Assembly (NCBI RefSeq): GCF_009914755.1
Contig: NC_060926.1
Direction: 5' to 3' (one strand)
Length of the DNA stretch: 64,000 nt
DNA from: the human T2T-CHM13v2.0 reference genome, Homo sapiens
A model generated the notes under the pieces. The model ran no database searches, was not told the DNA's origin, and was given only the letters and a program-made list of their open reading frames with translations. Positions 38,565 to 55,945 of the stretch are shown in pieces. Every line of letters starts with the position of its first letter. The stretch's first letter is position 1. A program made the translations under genes and the position numbers.

Positions 38565-41500
38565 CTGTGCTTGTCGTTTTCATGTAACTGTTTGAACCAG
38601 TATTTCCTAATATAGAATATCCTTGAGTAATCCTCCTTTTCGTAAGCCTCTGAAATTTTCTTGATATTCTTGTAGCATGACAAAATATACTGTCATCCTA
38701 AGACTCTTGTCCACCAAGGGATAGAGTGCATTCTCTATCCACTGGGAAATGGAGGTGATAAGAACACTTCCTGCTGACAAAGTCTGATGCTTCTACCAAC
38801 TCAGCCCAGTAACTCTGAAAGTGGACTCACCAAAGACAGAAGTGGCTCACAGCCCCACCTGGAGGCCCAGACAAGAGGTGGCTCTGCCCTGGGTCTGCTC
38901 TTTAGAGGGCTCTACTCTGGCATGCCTGTGGCTATGCCTCTCCCCACTGGGTGAGAAGTTCATTGCGCCTACGGAATGTGACCATTCAGAGCCTATGTCA
39001 CTTTCTGTTTACAGCACTCCCCGTGGATCAGGGCCCCTGCCCAGTGACCTCCAGCTCACTCCCAAGGCCCAGTCTGGCCATTTCCCTTGGCCTATCACCG
39101 CAGAGGGGACCTGTGCTTCTGGTATGTCCACCACTTGGCTCCCAAGATGTATATCTCTAGGTGCCCTGGGGTGACGACTGGGGCAGTGGGCATACCTTAG
39201 ATATGTGGACCATATTATCCACCCATGTGCTTGAGAGAGGATTGTCACAGAATGGGGCAAAGCTAGGGATGAGAAGTCAAGTTAGGGAGGGGAGACAGTA
39301 TGGTGAGGACAGGGGAAACCAGTTTTCTGGAGAGTCTGAAAATGATCAATTATAACCTGATCTTCAGGGTTATTATGAAAGTATACTTGTCAAGTGAGGA
39401 GCATAGAAATTCTGATTTAACATTTTTTAAAGTTAGTTTACAACTGTTAAGAATGAAAACACCTAGCTGATGAGCTTCCATTTGTACCCTTGCCTTGAGC
39501 CCTGCAAATGTGGGAGAGGGCCTGGAAAGTGGTACTGTTCCCACAGCTTGAATAAATACAATCAAGGAGGACGGAAAGATGTTGAGAAGTTGCAAAGATG
39601 CACAGTTTAGGGGGAAATCCCTCCTAAAACTCAAAGCAATGCAAACAGAAGGACTCCAAAGGCACTGAGGATTCACAGAGCCCAGCACAACCCGCCCTGG
39701 CCTCAGCACACAAGCTTGTGCCATCTGGACCCATGTGGACCCAGCCCACCTTCCAGCCTCATTTCCCACTACCTCACCCACACAAACCATCTTTGGCCAC
39801 AATAGACTACTCTTTGCTCCCTGAACTTACTGCCAGTTTTACACCTCAATGCTTTTGCCCAGGTCATTTGCTCAGCCTAGAACTCCCTTTCCCCTAATAA
39901 AATCATGTAAAGCTCAGCTTAAATGCAACCAGCTCTTAAAAGCCTATGACCTTGGACTCCCCACACAACCACACCTAGGGAAACTCACTGGTCTTTCATT
40001 CATGTCCATTGTTATTTTATACCTATGTCTATTATGGCATATCACACAGAAACCAGATCTTACTTGTTTTTGAATCCACATTAACATGTAGTAGTGGTCA
40101 GTAAATACTTGCTCAATGACTTCTGCTCAGTAAAGAAAAGCCACTGATTCTTCTCAAACAGTCTACCTAAGGTTGCTTCCCTCTCACCCGGAAGAGAAAG
40201 TCGTCTTGTGCTTATTCTCCTCATCACTCTTCTCCTTTTTCTTCCTCTTCGCCATTGTTATGACCATGCACTGTGGTTTAATATGGTTTTCTTGTTTATT
40301 TATATACATCAATTCATGGCAGCTTCATATATGTGATATTGTAAGTCTCATTTTCTCCTGAAGAAATAGTTTCTGAGAGTGACGAAGCAGCAGAACTTTC
40401 ACTTGAAGCCCACTTGTTAGTTCTAGAATCAGCACTCCTTCTACTCCACTAGATCCCTGAGGTTCAGACCTGAGCACTCAGGTGGGTCTCACGACAGAGC
40501 AGCTGATGCAGGGCCTGGTGGAGGATCCACACAGAGATTTAATCAGCAGTGGATTGGGGCCAAGAAGGAAGAGTCAGGAAGGAAATCCCCAATGTGTGAA
40601 AAACAAAACCACAACAATCAACAATGAAAATCCAGGGACAGGGAAGTGAGTTCCACCTAAATAAACCCCAATCATTGGACATGCTGGCTTAAGTGAACTA
40701 GGACTTTCCAGAAAACGGGAGGTCACATGGGAGTGACTCAAGGTTTCAACCTCTGAGGGCAATGATTGCTGGAAACTATCTCACAAGGAACACTTCTGAA
40801 GGGATTTGGAAAGAATGCTTGCTAAAGGAAGGAAGCAGTCCAGAAATGGACAAATGAATCCATAAGGAAGGGCTGAGAAAGGGACAGGTGGGAAAAGCGG
40901 TCTCGGTGAAGATGAAGGAGGAAGTCAGAAAGTAGTTCAAAAAAACCAATTCTAGCAGACGGAGGATGAGCCAGGCACTCCTGCCCACCTCTGTGGCCTT
41001 GTGGTTTCCTGTGGCATGATGCCAACTTAATTCTACACAAGCCAGGTGAGTCAGTGCTGGCAAGAAGTCACTGAGAATGGGCCAGACCATGGACTTGTCT
41101 TCCCCAACTCCACCAAAAGCCCTGGAAAGTGAGACACTCTCTCTCATTTCCCGCTGAGAAAGGAGAAGCCCCTCTGCTTGCTGCTTTTCCCCTCTCAAAG
41201 CTCTTCCTAGGTTTCCTCTTTGCCCCTTCAGGAAGCAAAGGTCTCACACTCAAGTCCCTTACTGCTTAGCCGTGCAGTGGGGCAGCTATGATTCACTTTT
41301 ACATTGTGTTGGAAGCATGGCGCTGCATCAGCATTTGTAGAACCAGATAAGGAATACCTACATTAATACCAACTTGTGTCTGTGAAGGCCAGTTTTCCAG
41401 AGCTAAAGAATAAGGCGTGAGAGTCAGATATCAACTGCAAAAATCAGTCATTTGTCTGACCTAAATTAAAGACTCATCTTCACGTGCACAGAACCCGCCT

Positions 41501-42845
41501 TCTCCCTCAATTAGGGCCTGGAGATCCATCCCTTTCCTGTCAGCACCCACTGAAAAGAGAGGAAACAGCAAGGAAAGGGTGGGAAGACACTGCTTCTGTA
41601 CAAAGCTTAACAGAACTCAGGTGTGCCATTCAAAATTCCACCAGGAGCTTCCTCAAGGCCCAACTATGACAGGCCTTGAAATGTCCAGCAGAACCACAAG
41701 CTGACAATTAGTCACCATCAAGAGCCGGTAGATCAGCTTGAGAAAAGACACGGCAGCAGCCAGCAGGCACAGTGGGTGGCACCGTCTAAGATGTGGATGT
41801 CTGTGGCAGCCCCAGCATGTCCCCCTAATTATGGTGTGCTCTTTGACTCAGGAGACATCACCTACAATTAGTTCTGGGACACGTTCTGGGGAGAGGGGCC
41901 TGCAGCAGGCTTTTTCTCTTCTGCAGCACCTGTGGTACACAGATAGACACTGGGTGATACCTAGGAAGGTCTCGAGCCAGCAGCTCCAACCGAGCCCTGT
42001 GCCTCCCTGGTTTCCTATGGGGGCCCGAAGCTTGTTTTTGCTGGCACAACCTATGCCCGAGTAACCGACAGGAATTGGGAAAGAAGGCTCTGCTGTTTTG
42101 ACTCCAAAACTTGCCTCTCAGAGCTCTTCCATTACACTTGTAAGAACTAATTTTTGTCACAAAGGAACTATTTTCAGGAGACTGAAAAATATCCTTCAAT
42201 ACCAGACCAGAAGGAAGAGCTTTCAAAGAAAAAGATCCTAGGGATGAGATTTAGAGAAGGAGATATTAGAGATTAGTAGTGGTCTGTGCATTTTCAGTAA
42301 CATACAGAATGGAAGGGATAGAGAGACAGAGGAGAAGAAGAAGAAGCAAGAATTCAAATGTTTGTAGATCTCAGGTTCACAACTCACTAGCTCTGCATCC
42401 ATTGGCAAGATCTTTATACTCTCTGACCCTATGTCCCCATTATTTAATGGAGACAGTAATAGTTTCCTTACCTGGTGGTTGTAAGAAGACAATGTTTGTT
42501 AATGCCAGGATTAGAGCAAGTATCAAGAAGTGTTTCTGAAAGCAGAAGTTGGAGCTTGGCAGTATTTTATACGTATTTTATGCCACTCTCCCAAAGACTT
42601 CCTGGCCGTGTGCACCTACCAATAAAGTAATGATGTTCTCTCAGCACCTTCTAGGGAAAAGGTTCTGAATCCCACATTGAGACACAGCAATGACCACCAG
42701 CAGGCAGAGAGAGAGAGAGAGAGCACGAACTCCTCCTGTGAGGCCTGTCTTGGGCCAAACTGTGGAAGTAAGTACTCCTTCCTATCACTTGTGGACTAAG
42801 TGGTCTCAGAGATTGGACTAAGTGGTCTTAGATATCCAGGGATCT

Positions 42846-43165
<320 letters not shown>

Positions 43166-44134
43166 TCAGGACCCTTACAGATCAGGAGATCAGGTCCTAT
43201 CCAATAAAAATGCTTAGTGGCCCAAAGGCCAGCAGTATGGATTTGGGTTAGAGGATCAAAGTATAACTGTATTCTCATTCTCTCTCTTTACTAAGACATA
43301 CATATCTAATATGCTTAATGTTTTGTTCCTGATTCTTTACTGTCTTACTGCATTTGGGCCCAGAGGCCCTGACTTCTCAAGCCTGGAGAGATTCAACCAA
43401 ACTAAACCTGCCTGGAAGTGATACATATGACTTCTCATATTTTGTTGGCAGAACCAGTTGCAGATAACTTTAAGGAGGTATGTCCATCAGTCAGCTTAGA
43501 TTGTGTTAAACTGTGGGAATGATCACCCAAGTCTCAAGCATTTATAGAAATAGTGATTTTTTTTTTCTCTCTCATACATCCTGTGGTCATCTAATACCCT
43601 GGGCTCCAGGCTGAAGGAGCAGCCTCTATGTGAGACAATGTCACTCTCATTATAGATAGAAAAGAAAGTCTGTGGGCTGATGTAATAGCTCTAATGCTTC
43701 TGCTCAGGAGTGGCATTCTTCACTTCTACTTGTGGACCAAAATGAGTTTCATGGTCAATATCTGATACCAGAGAAGCATAATCCTCCTATGTGGAGGGGC
43801 ACCACCTCTCATGTGGCCAAGACTGATGGCAAAGGTAGGGAAGTAGAATAATCTTATCACACAGAGGCAGCAGATACTGGGGGCAAAACTTAATCTAACA
43901 CAGCAAGAAAGTATAATCCTATCTATAACTCAAAGTGGAGGGGCATGGGATATTTGTGAATATTAGTGACATCTACCATTACTAGCACTGTAAATGTAAA
44001 CACAGAGGGCTATCGAATAGAACTTCGTCAGAGTAAACCATACACCCTGCCTGGAGGGGATTTGGGACAGTTACACAGAAAAACAGACAATTGATCCAGG
44101 CCTGAGGTTGGAGAACTTATCATTATGTACCTCA

Positions 44135-45560
44135 TATTCATTCAACAAATAATTATGAGCATCTACTAGAGGCCAGGAAGTGCACCCACTGATATACAAT
44201 GGTAAACAAAACAGGCCTTGTGGAGATCAAATATCTCTAGAGAAAGCTAGCATTAAATAAATATATATTTATTGTAATCAACACACAAATAAATATATAT
44301 TTATTAATACAAACTGGCCTACAGGTTACAGTAGGAAAGACTGGCCTCTCAGAACTCTTTCAGAGACAGAATAAGGCCACTTTGAGGAAGTATTGTTGGA
44401 ATTGAGAGTTGACTCAGAGTTAGCCAGGCAAAGAGTGGTGGAAAGAATGTTCCAGGCAGAGCGAACAGGTTGTACAGACTCGCTGAGATGACAAGAGTTT
44501 GGTATACCTGAGGGACCAATGAGAGGAGGGAAATTACTGTAGCGAGTGAGTAGAAAAGCAATTCAAGGGGAAGTTGGTGAGGAAAGCTAAAGCATGCCTG
44601 AGATCATGTTAAGAGTTTTAGATTGTGTTTTACATGACATAAGACGTTGATAGTATTCAGTGGCTGGGGGAGTTTGTGTGTGAGCATGAGACATTGTCCT
44701 ATATCCATTTGTTTAATTACCTGGCTACCACATGGAGAGTGGATTGAAGAGAGGCAGGAGTTATTCAGGCAACAGTCAGGCAAAAGATGATGTGACTTGG
44801 GTTGGACCTGCGGAGATGGACATGGACATGTGCATAATAATTTTAAGACATGTTTTAGGGGCAGAACTGATAGCAATTTGTGATGAATTAGAATATGTTG
44901 GGAGGAGCAATGAGTCAGAAAAAGGTAGCAAGAAAGATGGAGTTGGTTCTTCCTAAGTCCAATTCACCCAGAAGAGAAAGAATGATGAAGGGGTGGGAAT
45001 AAGGGAATCAAATTTTTTCTTGGGACATGTTCATTGTGAGATTTCTGTGAGCCCTCTGAGATAGAAATGTAGAGTAAGTTGTTGAAAGTGAGAGTCTGGG
45101 GCCTGGAATAAAGGTCCAGGCTACAAATGTTTGTTTAAGGATCACAGTATATAGTAAAATCCAAAGTCATGGGAATGGGCGGAATGCAAATTTAAAGCAA
45201 GAAGAGAAGAGGATTGTGGACTGCTTGCTCCCTAAATAACTCAAATATTAGAGTTCAGTTGGGGTAGTGGGGAGAAAGGGCTGCTGGCAAAAGAGTCTGA
45301 GAAGACCAGAAAGCTGGGAGAAAACTTGGGGGTCTGGTGTTAAGGAAGCCAAGAGATGAAGCATGTTTCCGGAAAGAAGTGTTTAACAGCCTAGACTACC
45401 GCAGAAAAGTCCAGTGCGATGAGGACACTGGCTTTGGCAGCACAAAGTGCCCTTCGCAAAATCCATTTCTATGAAATGGAAGAGGCAGAAACCAAAACTG
45501 AATACAGTGAGGATTAAATGAGAGGTGAGGATGAGACTGCAGACAACTCTTGCAAGAAGT
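44135..45560 (-). mobile_element. L2, degenerate
   Basis: ATTCATTCAACAAATA tail followed by L2 antisense body. Confidence 0.6.
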
Positions 45561-47305
45561 GCAGTTAAGGGAGACAGAGCATGGGGGCAATAGCTGGGGA
45601 TGATTAGGATAAAGATGGTAATGTACAAATGTCTGAATAATTATTGGATAAATCCAATAGAGAGTAAAGATGGAAATGTTAACGATGGAACAAAACCGGC
45701 TGATATGGCAAAAAGGGGGAGGGATCAGAGCACAAATGGGGAGTCTGACTTTGCAGAGGAAATGAAATCTCTTCCCAGAAACAGTAATGAAGGAGAAAAA
45801 TTGGGTGGTGATGCCACCAGGTGTTTGAATTTGGTAGTGGAGAGAAACAGGTAGAGTTTCTGTATTGTACACTGTGGGATTTGGGGTGAGGGTGGGGTGG
45901 TGTTTGTGTGTTTTGTTTTTAATTAATATGAGACAAGGTCGTTAGCTGAGAGGAATACAGGGTAAGATGAATACAGCTGGAAAACTGGAGAATGTACAAA
46001 TATTCCTTGAGGAGAGTCAAAGAATGGACTTATCTCGGCTGTGTGGTGACTGGCAGTGCCAGTTTCCCATTTGAGGTTGGAAATCATGAGCCTAGAGTAG
46101 TACTTGTTATCACAGAAGTGAAAAGTCACATCAATCTACCCAATTGTGGGACTGTTGCACAGTTTCAACTGCATGGAGGCAGGCATGGAAAAGGCAGTGA
46201 ATAGGTTTATGCAGAATTGAGTTGCAACAGGCACATGTAATAGGAGGAAAGAGGTGAGAGAGTTGAGGGTATCTGCAAGGGAGGGCCTATAGTAATGGTC
46301 CATTGACTTGTACCTGAATACAAGGTACTGTGGAGTGCTTCATGAGGCCAAGGAGAATGTAATCGGAGAATAGGATATTTGAGTTTGCTACTTAAGCATT
46401 GGTAAAATTATAAATGGCTACCTTTTAATAGAGTTATTTCCTTCTTTTAAATTTATATACCATTAAAGGCACAAATCTTAAGTATACAGTTCAATAATTT
46501 TTGGCAAATATGTACACTCGTTTTGCCCCCACAATTTGTGTCATTCCAGAGAGTTCTTTCATCCCTTTTCCAATCAATCCCCACTCCCTGCCCCCAACAG
46601 TAGCAGCTACTGTTCTTATTTCTATCACTATGCATTACTTCTGTCTGTTATAGAATTTCATATAAATGGAATCATGGAGTATTTATTCTTTTGTATTTGG
46701 CTTCTTTCACTCAGCATGTTTTTGAGATTCATTTATTTAGTAATTCATTTTTTTATTGCTGAATAGTATTGCATTGTAAGAATACACCACAACTTATTTA
46801 TCCACTCTTCTGTTATGCTGGGTAACAGAATAGGTGTGTGTTTAACTTCGTAAGAAACTTCTAGGTAGTCTTTCAAGGTGGGCATAACATTTTATACTCT
46901 CACTGGCAACATATAAGAATTTTAGCTACTCCACATCCTGTCTAATATTTATTGTCATCAATCTCTCCTTTTAACCATTTGAGTAGTTGTCAAGCGGTGT
47001 CTTGTGGTTTTCATTACTTCCCTGATTTTGAACATGTTTTCATTGCTTATTAACAATTTCTACATCTTCTTTTGCACAGTGTCTGTTTTACATTGAGATT
47101 TTTGTCTTTGCATTATTGAACTGTAAAAATTCTGTATATATTCTGAATTCAAGTACCTGCTTGAGGTATACATTCATCTTAAGCATCTTTTCCCAGTCTG
47201 TTGCTTGCCTAGTCACTTGCTTAATGATGTTTCTTGATGAGAAATTTTCAATTTTGTTTTAGCACAACTTATCAATTATTTTATGGTTAATGGTTACTCT
47301 ATTTA

Positions 47306-49719
<2,414 letters not shown>

Positions 49720-49958
49720 AAATTTTTTTCTACTCCAAGATCACAAAAATATTCTGTTTTCTTATAAGTCTTGAAGTTAGAAAACAAAGGTTCTCCAACC
49801 CTGTTCTTTTTCAAGATTGTTTTGGATATTCTAGGTCTTTTGAATTTTTATGTCAGTGTTAAAATCAGCTTCTAAATTTCAACTGGGATTTTGTTTGATA
49901 TTATATTTCTATAGACCAATTTGGGGAGAACTAACATCTTAACAACAGTGAGCCTTCC

Positions 49959-50270
49959 GGCCGGGCGCAGTGGCTCACGCCTGTAATCCCAGCACTTTGG
50001 GAGGCCGAGGTGGGTGGATCACGAGGTCAGGAGATCGAGACCATCCTGGCTAACACGGTGAAACCCCATCTCTACTAAAAATACGAAAAATTAGCCGGGC
50101 GAGGTGGCGGGCGCCTGTAGTCCCAGCTAGTTGGGAGGCTGAGGCAGGAGAATGGCGAGAACCCTGAGGGGCGGAGCCTGCAGTGAGCCGAGATCACGCC
50201 ACTGCACTCCAGCGTGGGCAACAGCGAGACTCCGTCTCAAAAAAAAAAAAAACAAAAACAAAAACAAAAA
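49959..50270 (+). mobile_element. Young CpG-rich AluY
   Basis: Perfect 17-bp TSD AACAACAGTGAGCCTTC (49941-49957 / 50271-50287). Confidence 0.96.
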
Positions 50271-51160
50271 AACAACAGTGAGCCTTCTAATTCATGGACA
50301 TGGTATATCACTTCATTTACTTAGGTCTTTAATATCTCCACAATGCCATGGAATCTTCAATGTAAAGGACTTGAAGATCTTCAGTTAAATTTATTCCTAA
50401 GTACTTTATATTTTTGGTGTTATTATAAGTGGTATTGCTTTGTAAATTTTGTTTCCCAATGCTTCATTGCTAATATATAGAAATACAACTGATTTTTGCA
50501 TACTGACCTCATACCCTATGACATTGATAAATTCACTTGCCCTAGTTGTTTTTATTAGTCTGAGAATAAAGAGTTTTAACTATTTATTTCCAATATTTAT
50601 GCCTTCTATTTCTCTGTGATGTCCACCATATTACACTGATTAGAATTTTTGGAACAATGTTGAGAAGAAGTGGTGAGAGTAGACATCCTTGCCTTGTTCT
50701 TGCTCTTAGAGGGAGCAGAATTATTTTTTATACCTGCCTGATTCCTCCCCCTAAACAGTAAGATTCTCCAGAGTAGGAATCACAACTTATTCTCCACCAT
50801 TTCTGAAATAAAAAAGAGTATGACATTTCAGAAGCATTTAGTAAATATTTATTGGTGTATTAAAGGAATTACATACACATGGCAGAAATGCACTAAGGTC
50901 TCTGTTTTGATTCCTGGCCATATTTGGTGCTGATCCCTTAAAATGAAGTAGGAGCTCATAACCGGGCAGCCACTGATAAAAGAATGTTTTTTTAAGTTAG
51001 TAGTTTCCAATTCTGAGTTTTATGCAAATGTAATGTTAGAACGTCTAGTCATGTGGAGAGGGGTGGGAAGTGGCCATTTTGACCAGGATGCTAAGTAAGA
51101 CACATGCATAATCTGATTCTTAGGTTCCGAGCACACAAAGAACTGTCAAAAGCAACCACA

Positions 51161-51481
<321 letters not shown>

Positions 51482-52934
51482 AAAGCAACCATAGCATTCA
51501 GTTTCACCAACCACAAGTCCCAAATATGCAAAACTATGAAGCTGGCTAAAAAGAATAAAAAACTGGAAAATTAGGATTTGTGGGAAAATAGATTGACTCA
51601 TTCAATACTCATCCACAAAATATCATTACTTATGAATCACGGTGTTATTAAAGCTCGACCATCTGGTTCAGCAGCAACTGTTGATTCAAAGATTTAGCAA
51701 AATGACAGGTGATGATAAGTGTGACCAACTACTGAGAGTTAATGCCAAGCATTGTGCTAAGAGCTTCAAATACCCTACATAGTATTATTCACCAGCACTT
51801 GGAGATAGGCATTGCATCCACTTTATAGATGAGTGGCCAGAGATTAAATGATCATCTCAAACCATGCAATTCCTGTATGCTAGAGACAAGGCCCAACAAG
51901 ATCTCCATTCAAAGTGTGCAAACTTAACCACTAAGCTATACCTCCAAATTCCATGTCATGGTGAGGGGGTGTTGTGAACATCCTTCTCCATCAGCCCTAG
52001 GACCTGGACTGTCAGTCCCATGAGATCAGGGACCATATCTGTATGTCACCACTCTGACCCGAAGTCTGGAATAGTGTCTAGCACTAAATAGGCATTCTAT
52101 CAAATTAAAAAGCTAAATGACACACATTATCAGTTAATCCTAACCACACCCTAATATTTGTCTGTTTCACCTCTCAATAATTTAACTTTTTAAAATTAAA
52201 ATCCTCCATTCTGATGCTGAATGTGCTCATTTCTCATGGTAATTCTAGGTACCTTATCAATTTTTGCTTTATATTTTTGAAATATGTTAAGGTAGCTTTT
52301 AGGTACTTAAGCTTTTTAAGCATTACTTAGAGACCTATTTACTCCTAAAGATGCTTTATGTCTTAAAGTCTATTTTATCTGAGATTAATATCTTGTTGTC
52401 AGCGTTTTTTGTTTAGGATTTAGGTATTTCATCTTTTTTCTAGCCTTTTTACTTTTAACCTTTTCAGGACTTTAAGTTTCAGGCATGTTTTTATAAAAGC
52501 ACGGGCAGAATTTTGTATTACTGTTTTCAAATCCAGTCTAAGTCTATTTTAACTGGCATGTTTAACTCATTTTCACTTTACTGATTATTAAAATATTTGG
52601 GCTTGTTTCTACCATTCTACTCTGTTTTTTTTCTATGACTTTTCTCATTTTTAAAAATATTCCATTCGTGGCATGTTTGGTCTGGAAGTTTTACACTCTA
52701 CTTCAATTATTTTATTGATTGTCTTTGAATGTTACCACTTATAGGTGTTTTTGAAATTTCACTTTGTTTCATTTAAATGTTCTGTTCACTTCTGAAATAG
52801 CTGAGCTTTTAAAATTTTCGCCTTTTCTAAGAACAATTTATCAGAAACCCAGTGACAAAAGTGTGGCAAAAGAACATAACTGTTGCTGTGTTAAGAAAAG
52901 TATTCTGTGAGTATGAGAGATATAAACACTGTGT

Positions 52935-53732
52935 GCAACTATATGATAACAAAAGGGGCAATTCAGCAAGAGCATATAACAACTTTAAATATATATGCAG
53001 CCAACACTGGAGTACCCAGATTTATAAAGCAAATATTATTAGAGCTAAAGAGAGAGATAGGCCTTTTTAATACCATAATATAGGTGGAAACCACAACACC
53101 CCACTTTAAGCATTGGAAAAAGCTTCCAAGCAGAAAATCGACAAAGAAATACTAGATTTAATTTGCACTACAGATAAAATAGCCCTGTAGATATTTACAG
53201 AACATTTCATCCAAAAGCTGCAGAATACGCATTCTGTTCCTCAGCACATGGATAGAACACATGTTAGGTCACAGAACAAGTCTTAAAACATTCAACAAAA
53301 TTGAAACAATATCAGGCACATTCTCTGACCACAATGGAATAAAACTGGAAATTAGTAATGAGGAATTTTGGAAACTATACAAACACATGGAAATTAAACA
53401 ATATGCTCCTGAATGACCAGTGGTTCAATGGAGAAATTAAGATGGAAATTGAAAATTTTCTTGAAACAAATGATAATGCAAATACAACATACAAAAGCCT
53501 ATCAGATATAGCAAAATCAGCACCAAGAGGGAAGTTTATAGCTATAAGTGCCTAAATCAAAAAAAGAGGAAAAACTTCAAATGAATAATCTAATGATGCA
53601 TCTTAAAGAACTAGACAAACAAGAGCAACCCAAACTGAAAATTAGAAAAAGAACAATAATAATAAAGATTGGAGCATAAATAAATGAAATTAACATAAAA
53701 CAAGAATACAAAAGTTCAACAAAACAAAAAGT
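52935..53732 (+). mobile_element. L1 ORF2 endonuclease-region fragment
   Basis: ORF-track peptide NYTNTWKLNNMLLNDQW..ETND; SDHN codons near 53325. Confidence 0.85.
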
Positions 53733-53739
53733 TGTAGTT

Positions 53740-54108
53740 TTTTTTAAATAAAGAAAAGAGGTTTAACTGGCTCATGGTCCTGCAGGCTTTACAAGCAGCA
53801 TGGTGCCAACATATGCTCAGCTTCTAGGGGGGCCTCAGGAAGCTTAAAATCATGGTGGAAGGCAAACAGGGAGTAGGCGTATCATATGGTGAAAGCAGGA
53901 GCAAGAGAGAGAAATTGCGCAGGGATTGTTGCCACATACTTTTAAATGACCAGATCTTGTGGGAAGTCACTCACTATTGTGAAGACAATACCAAGTCATG
54001 AGAGATCCACCCCCCGACCCAAACACCTCCCATCAGCCCCACCTCTTGCATTGGAGATTACAATTCAACGTGAGATTTGGGTGGGGACAAATATCCAAAC
54101 TGTATCTC
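53740..54108 (-). mobile_element. MST-family LTR, truncated
   Basis: AAAGAAAAGAGGTTTAA..GAGATTTGGGTGGGGACAAATATCCAAAC. Confidence 0.82.
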
Positions 54109-54319
54109 ATGGTGCCTGGAATATGATCCAATAACAGAATTAGTTAATCAATAAATATTCAATCTTATCTGGGACTTCCATCTTTAAAAATCTACCTTAT
54201 CTACTTTATAGTGTCCTTGAGGATGCAACAAAGGAGTTAATGAATTCGAGTATGTTTTATACAATCTACATTCCTCAATAAGGTAGTATGTAAGCTCTTG
54301 GAAGAAGTAAATCTTTACT

Positions 54320-55042
54320 CATTTATTTTATTTTGTTTTTTATTTTTAGTTTTTAAACTTTTATTTTAGGTTTGGAGGTACACATGAAGGTTTGTTACAT
54401 AGGCAAACTCATGTCACCAGGATCTGTTGTACAGATTATTTAATCACCCATGCATGAAGCCCAGAACCCAATAGTTTTCTTTTCTGCTTGCCTCCCTCCT
54501 CCTCCCACCCTCCACCCACAACTAGACCCCAATGTCTGTTGTTCCCTTCTTTGTGTTCATGAGTTCTCATAATTTAGCTATCACTTAAAAGTGAGGGCAT
54601 GTGGTATTTGGTTTTCTGTTCTTGCATTAGTTTGCTAAGGATAATAGCCTCCAGCTCCATCCATGTTACCACGAAAGACATGATCTCATTCTTTTTTATG
54701 CCTGCATAGTATTCCATGGTGTATATGTACCACATTTTCTTTATCCAATCAGTCATTGATGAACATTTAGGTTGATTCCATGTCTTTGTTATTGTGAATA
54801 GTGCTGCAGTTAGCATTCACTTTCAAGTGTCTTTATTGTAGAATGATTTATATTCCTAGTAATGGGATTGTTGGATCAAATGGTAGTTCTGCTTTTGGTT
54901 CTTTGAGGAATCATGATACTGCTTTCCACAATGATTGAACTAAACTCTCACCAACAGTATCACACCAGTCAGAATGGCTATTGTCAAAAAGTCAAAAAAT
55001 AACAGATGTTGGCAAGGTTGCAGAGAAAAGGAAACACCCACA
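54320..55042 (-). mobile_element. Older L1PA/PB 3' end with a short inverted 5' piece
   Basis: Antisense 54320-54959 (ORF 54574..54816 is ORF2 C-terminus), then sense 54960-55042. Confidence 0.8.
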
Positions 55043-55087
55043 ACTCTTTGAGTCTGGGTAGATTGAGGCGAGTGTCCTGATATCCTA

Positions 55088-55945
55088 AAGACAGGCAATA
55101 ACAAATTCTGGTAAGGAGTGAAGAAAAGGGACCTCTTGTACACTGTTGGTTGGAATGTAAATTATTACAACCACTATGGAGAACAGTTTGGAGGTTTCTA
55201 AACTAAAAATTGTGCTACCATATGATCCAGCATCCCATGCAGGGCATAAACCCAAAAGAAAGGAAATCAGTGTATTGAAGAGATATACTGATCTCCTATG
55301 TTTGTTGCAGCACTGTTTACAATAGCTAAGATTTGGAAGCAACCTAAGTGTCCATCAACAGATGAATGGATAAATAAAATGTGGTACACATATACAATGG
55401 AGTACTATTCAGCCATAAAAAAAGAATGAGAACCTGTCATTTGCAACAACATGGATGGAACTGGAGATCATTATATTAAGTGAAATAAGCCAGACACAGA
55501 AAGACAAACATCGCATGTTCTCACTTATTCGTGGGATCTAAAAATCAAAACAATTGAATTCATGAACGTATAGAGTAGAAGGATGGTTACCAGAGGCCAG
55601 GAAGGGCAGGGGTGTGGTGGGGGGAGGTAGAGATGGTTAATGGGTACAAAAAAACAGAAAGAATGAATAAGATCTACTATTTGACAGCACAATGGGGTAG
55701 CTGTAGTCAATAATAACCTAATTGTGCAATAATAACCTAATTGTAAATACTATTTGCAACTGTAAATTGTATTTATTTTAAAATAACTTAAACAGTGTAA
55801 TTTGATTGTTTGTAACTCAAAGGATAATGGATATTCCATTCCCCACAATGTGCTTATTCCACACCACGTGCCTGTATCAAAACATATCATGTACCCCATA
55901 ATACATATACCTACTATGTACTCACAAAAAATTAATTTTTAAAAA
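55088..55945 (+). mobile_element. L1MA-like 3' end
   Basis: Similar to 19384-20142; contains a 19-bp tandem duplication at 55708-55745. Confidence 0.82.
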
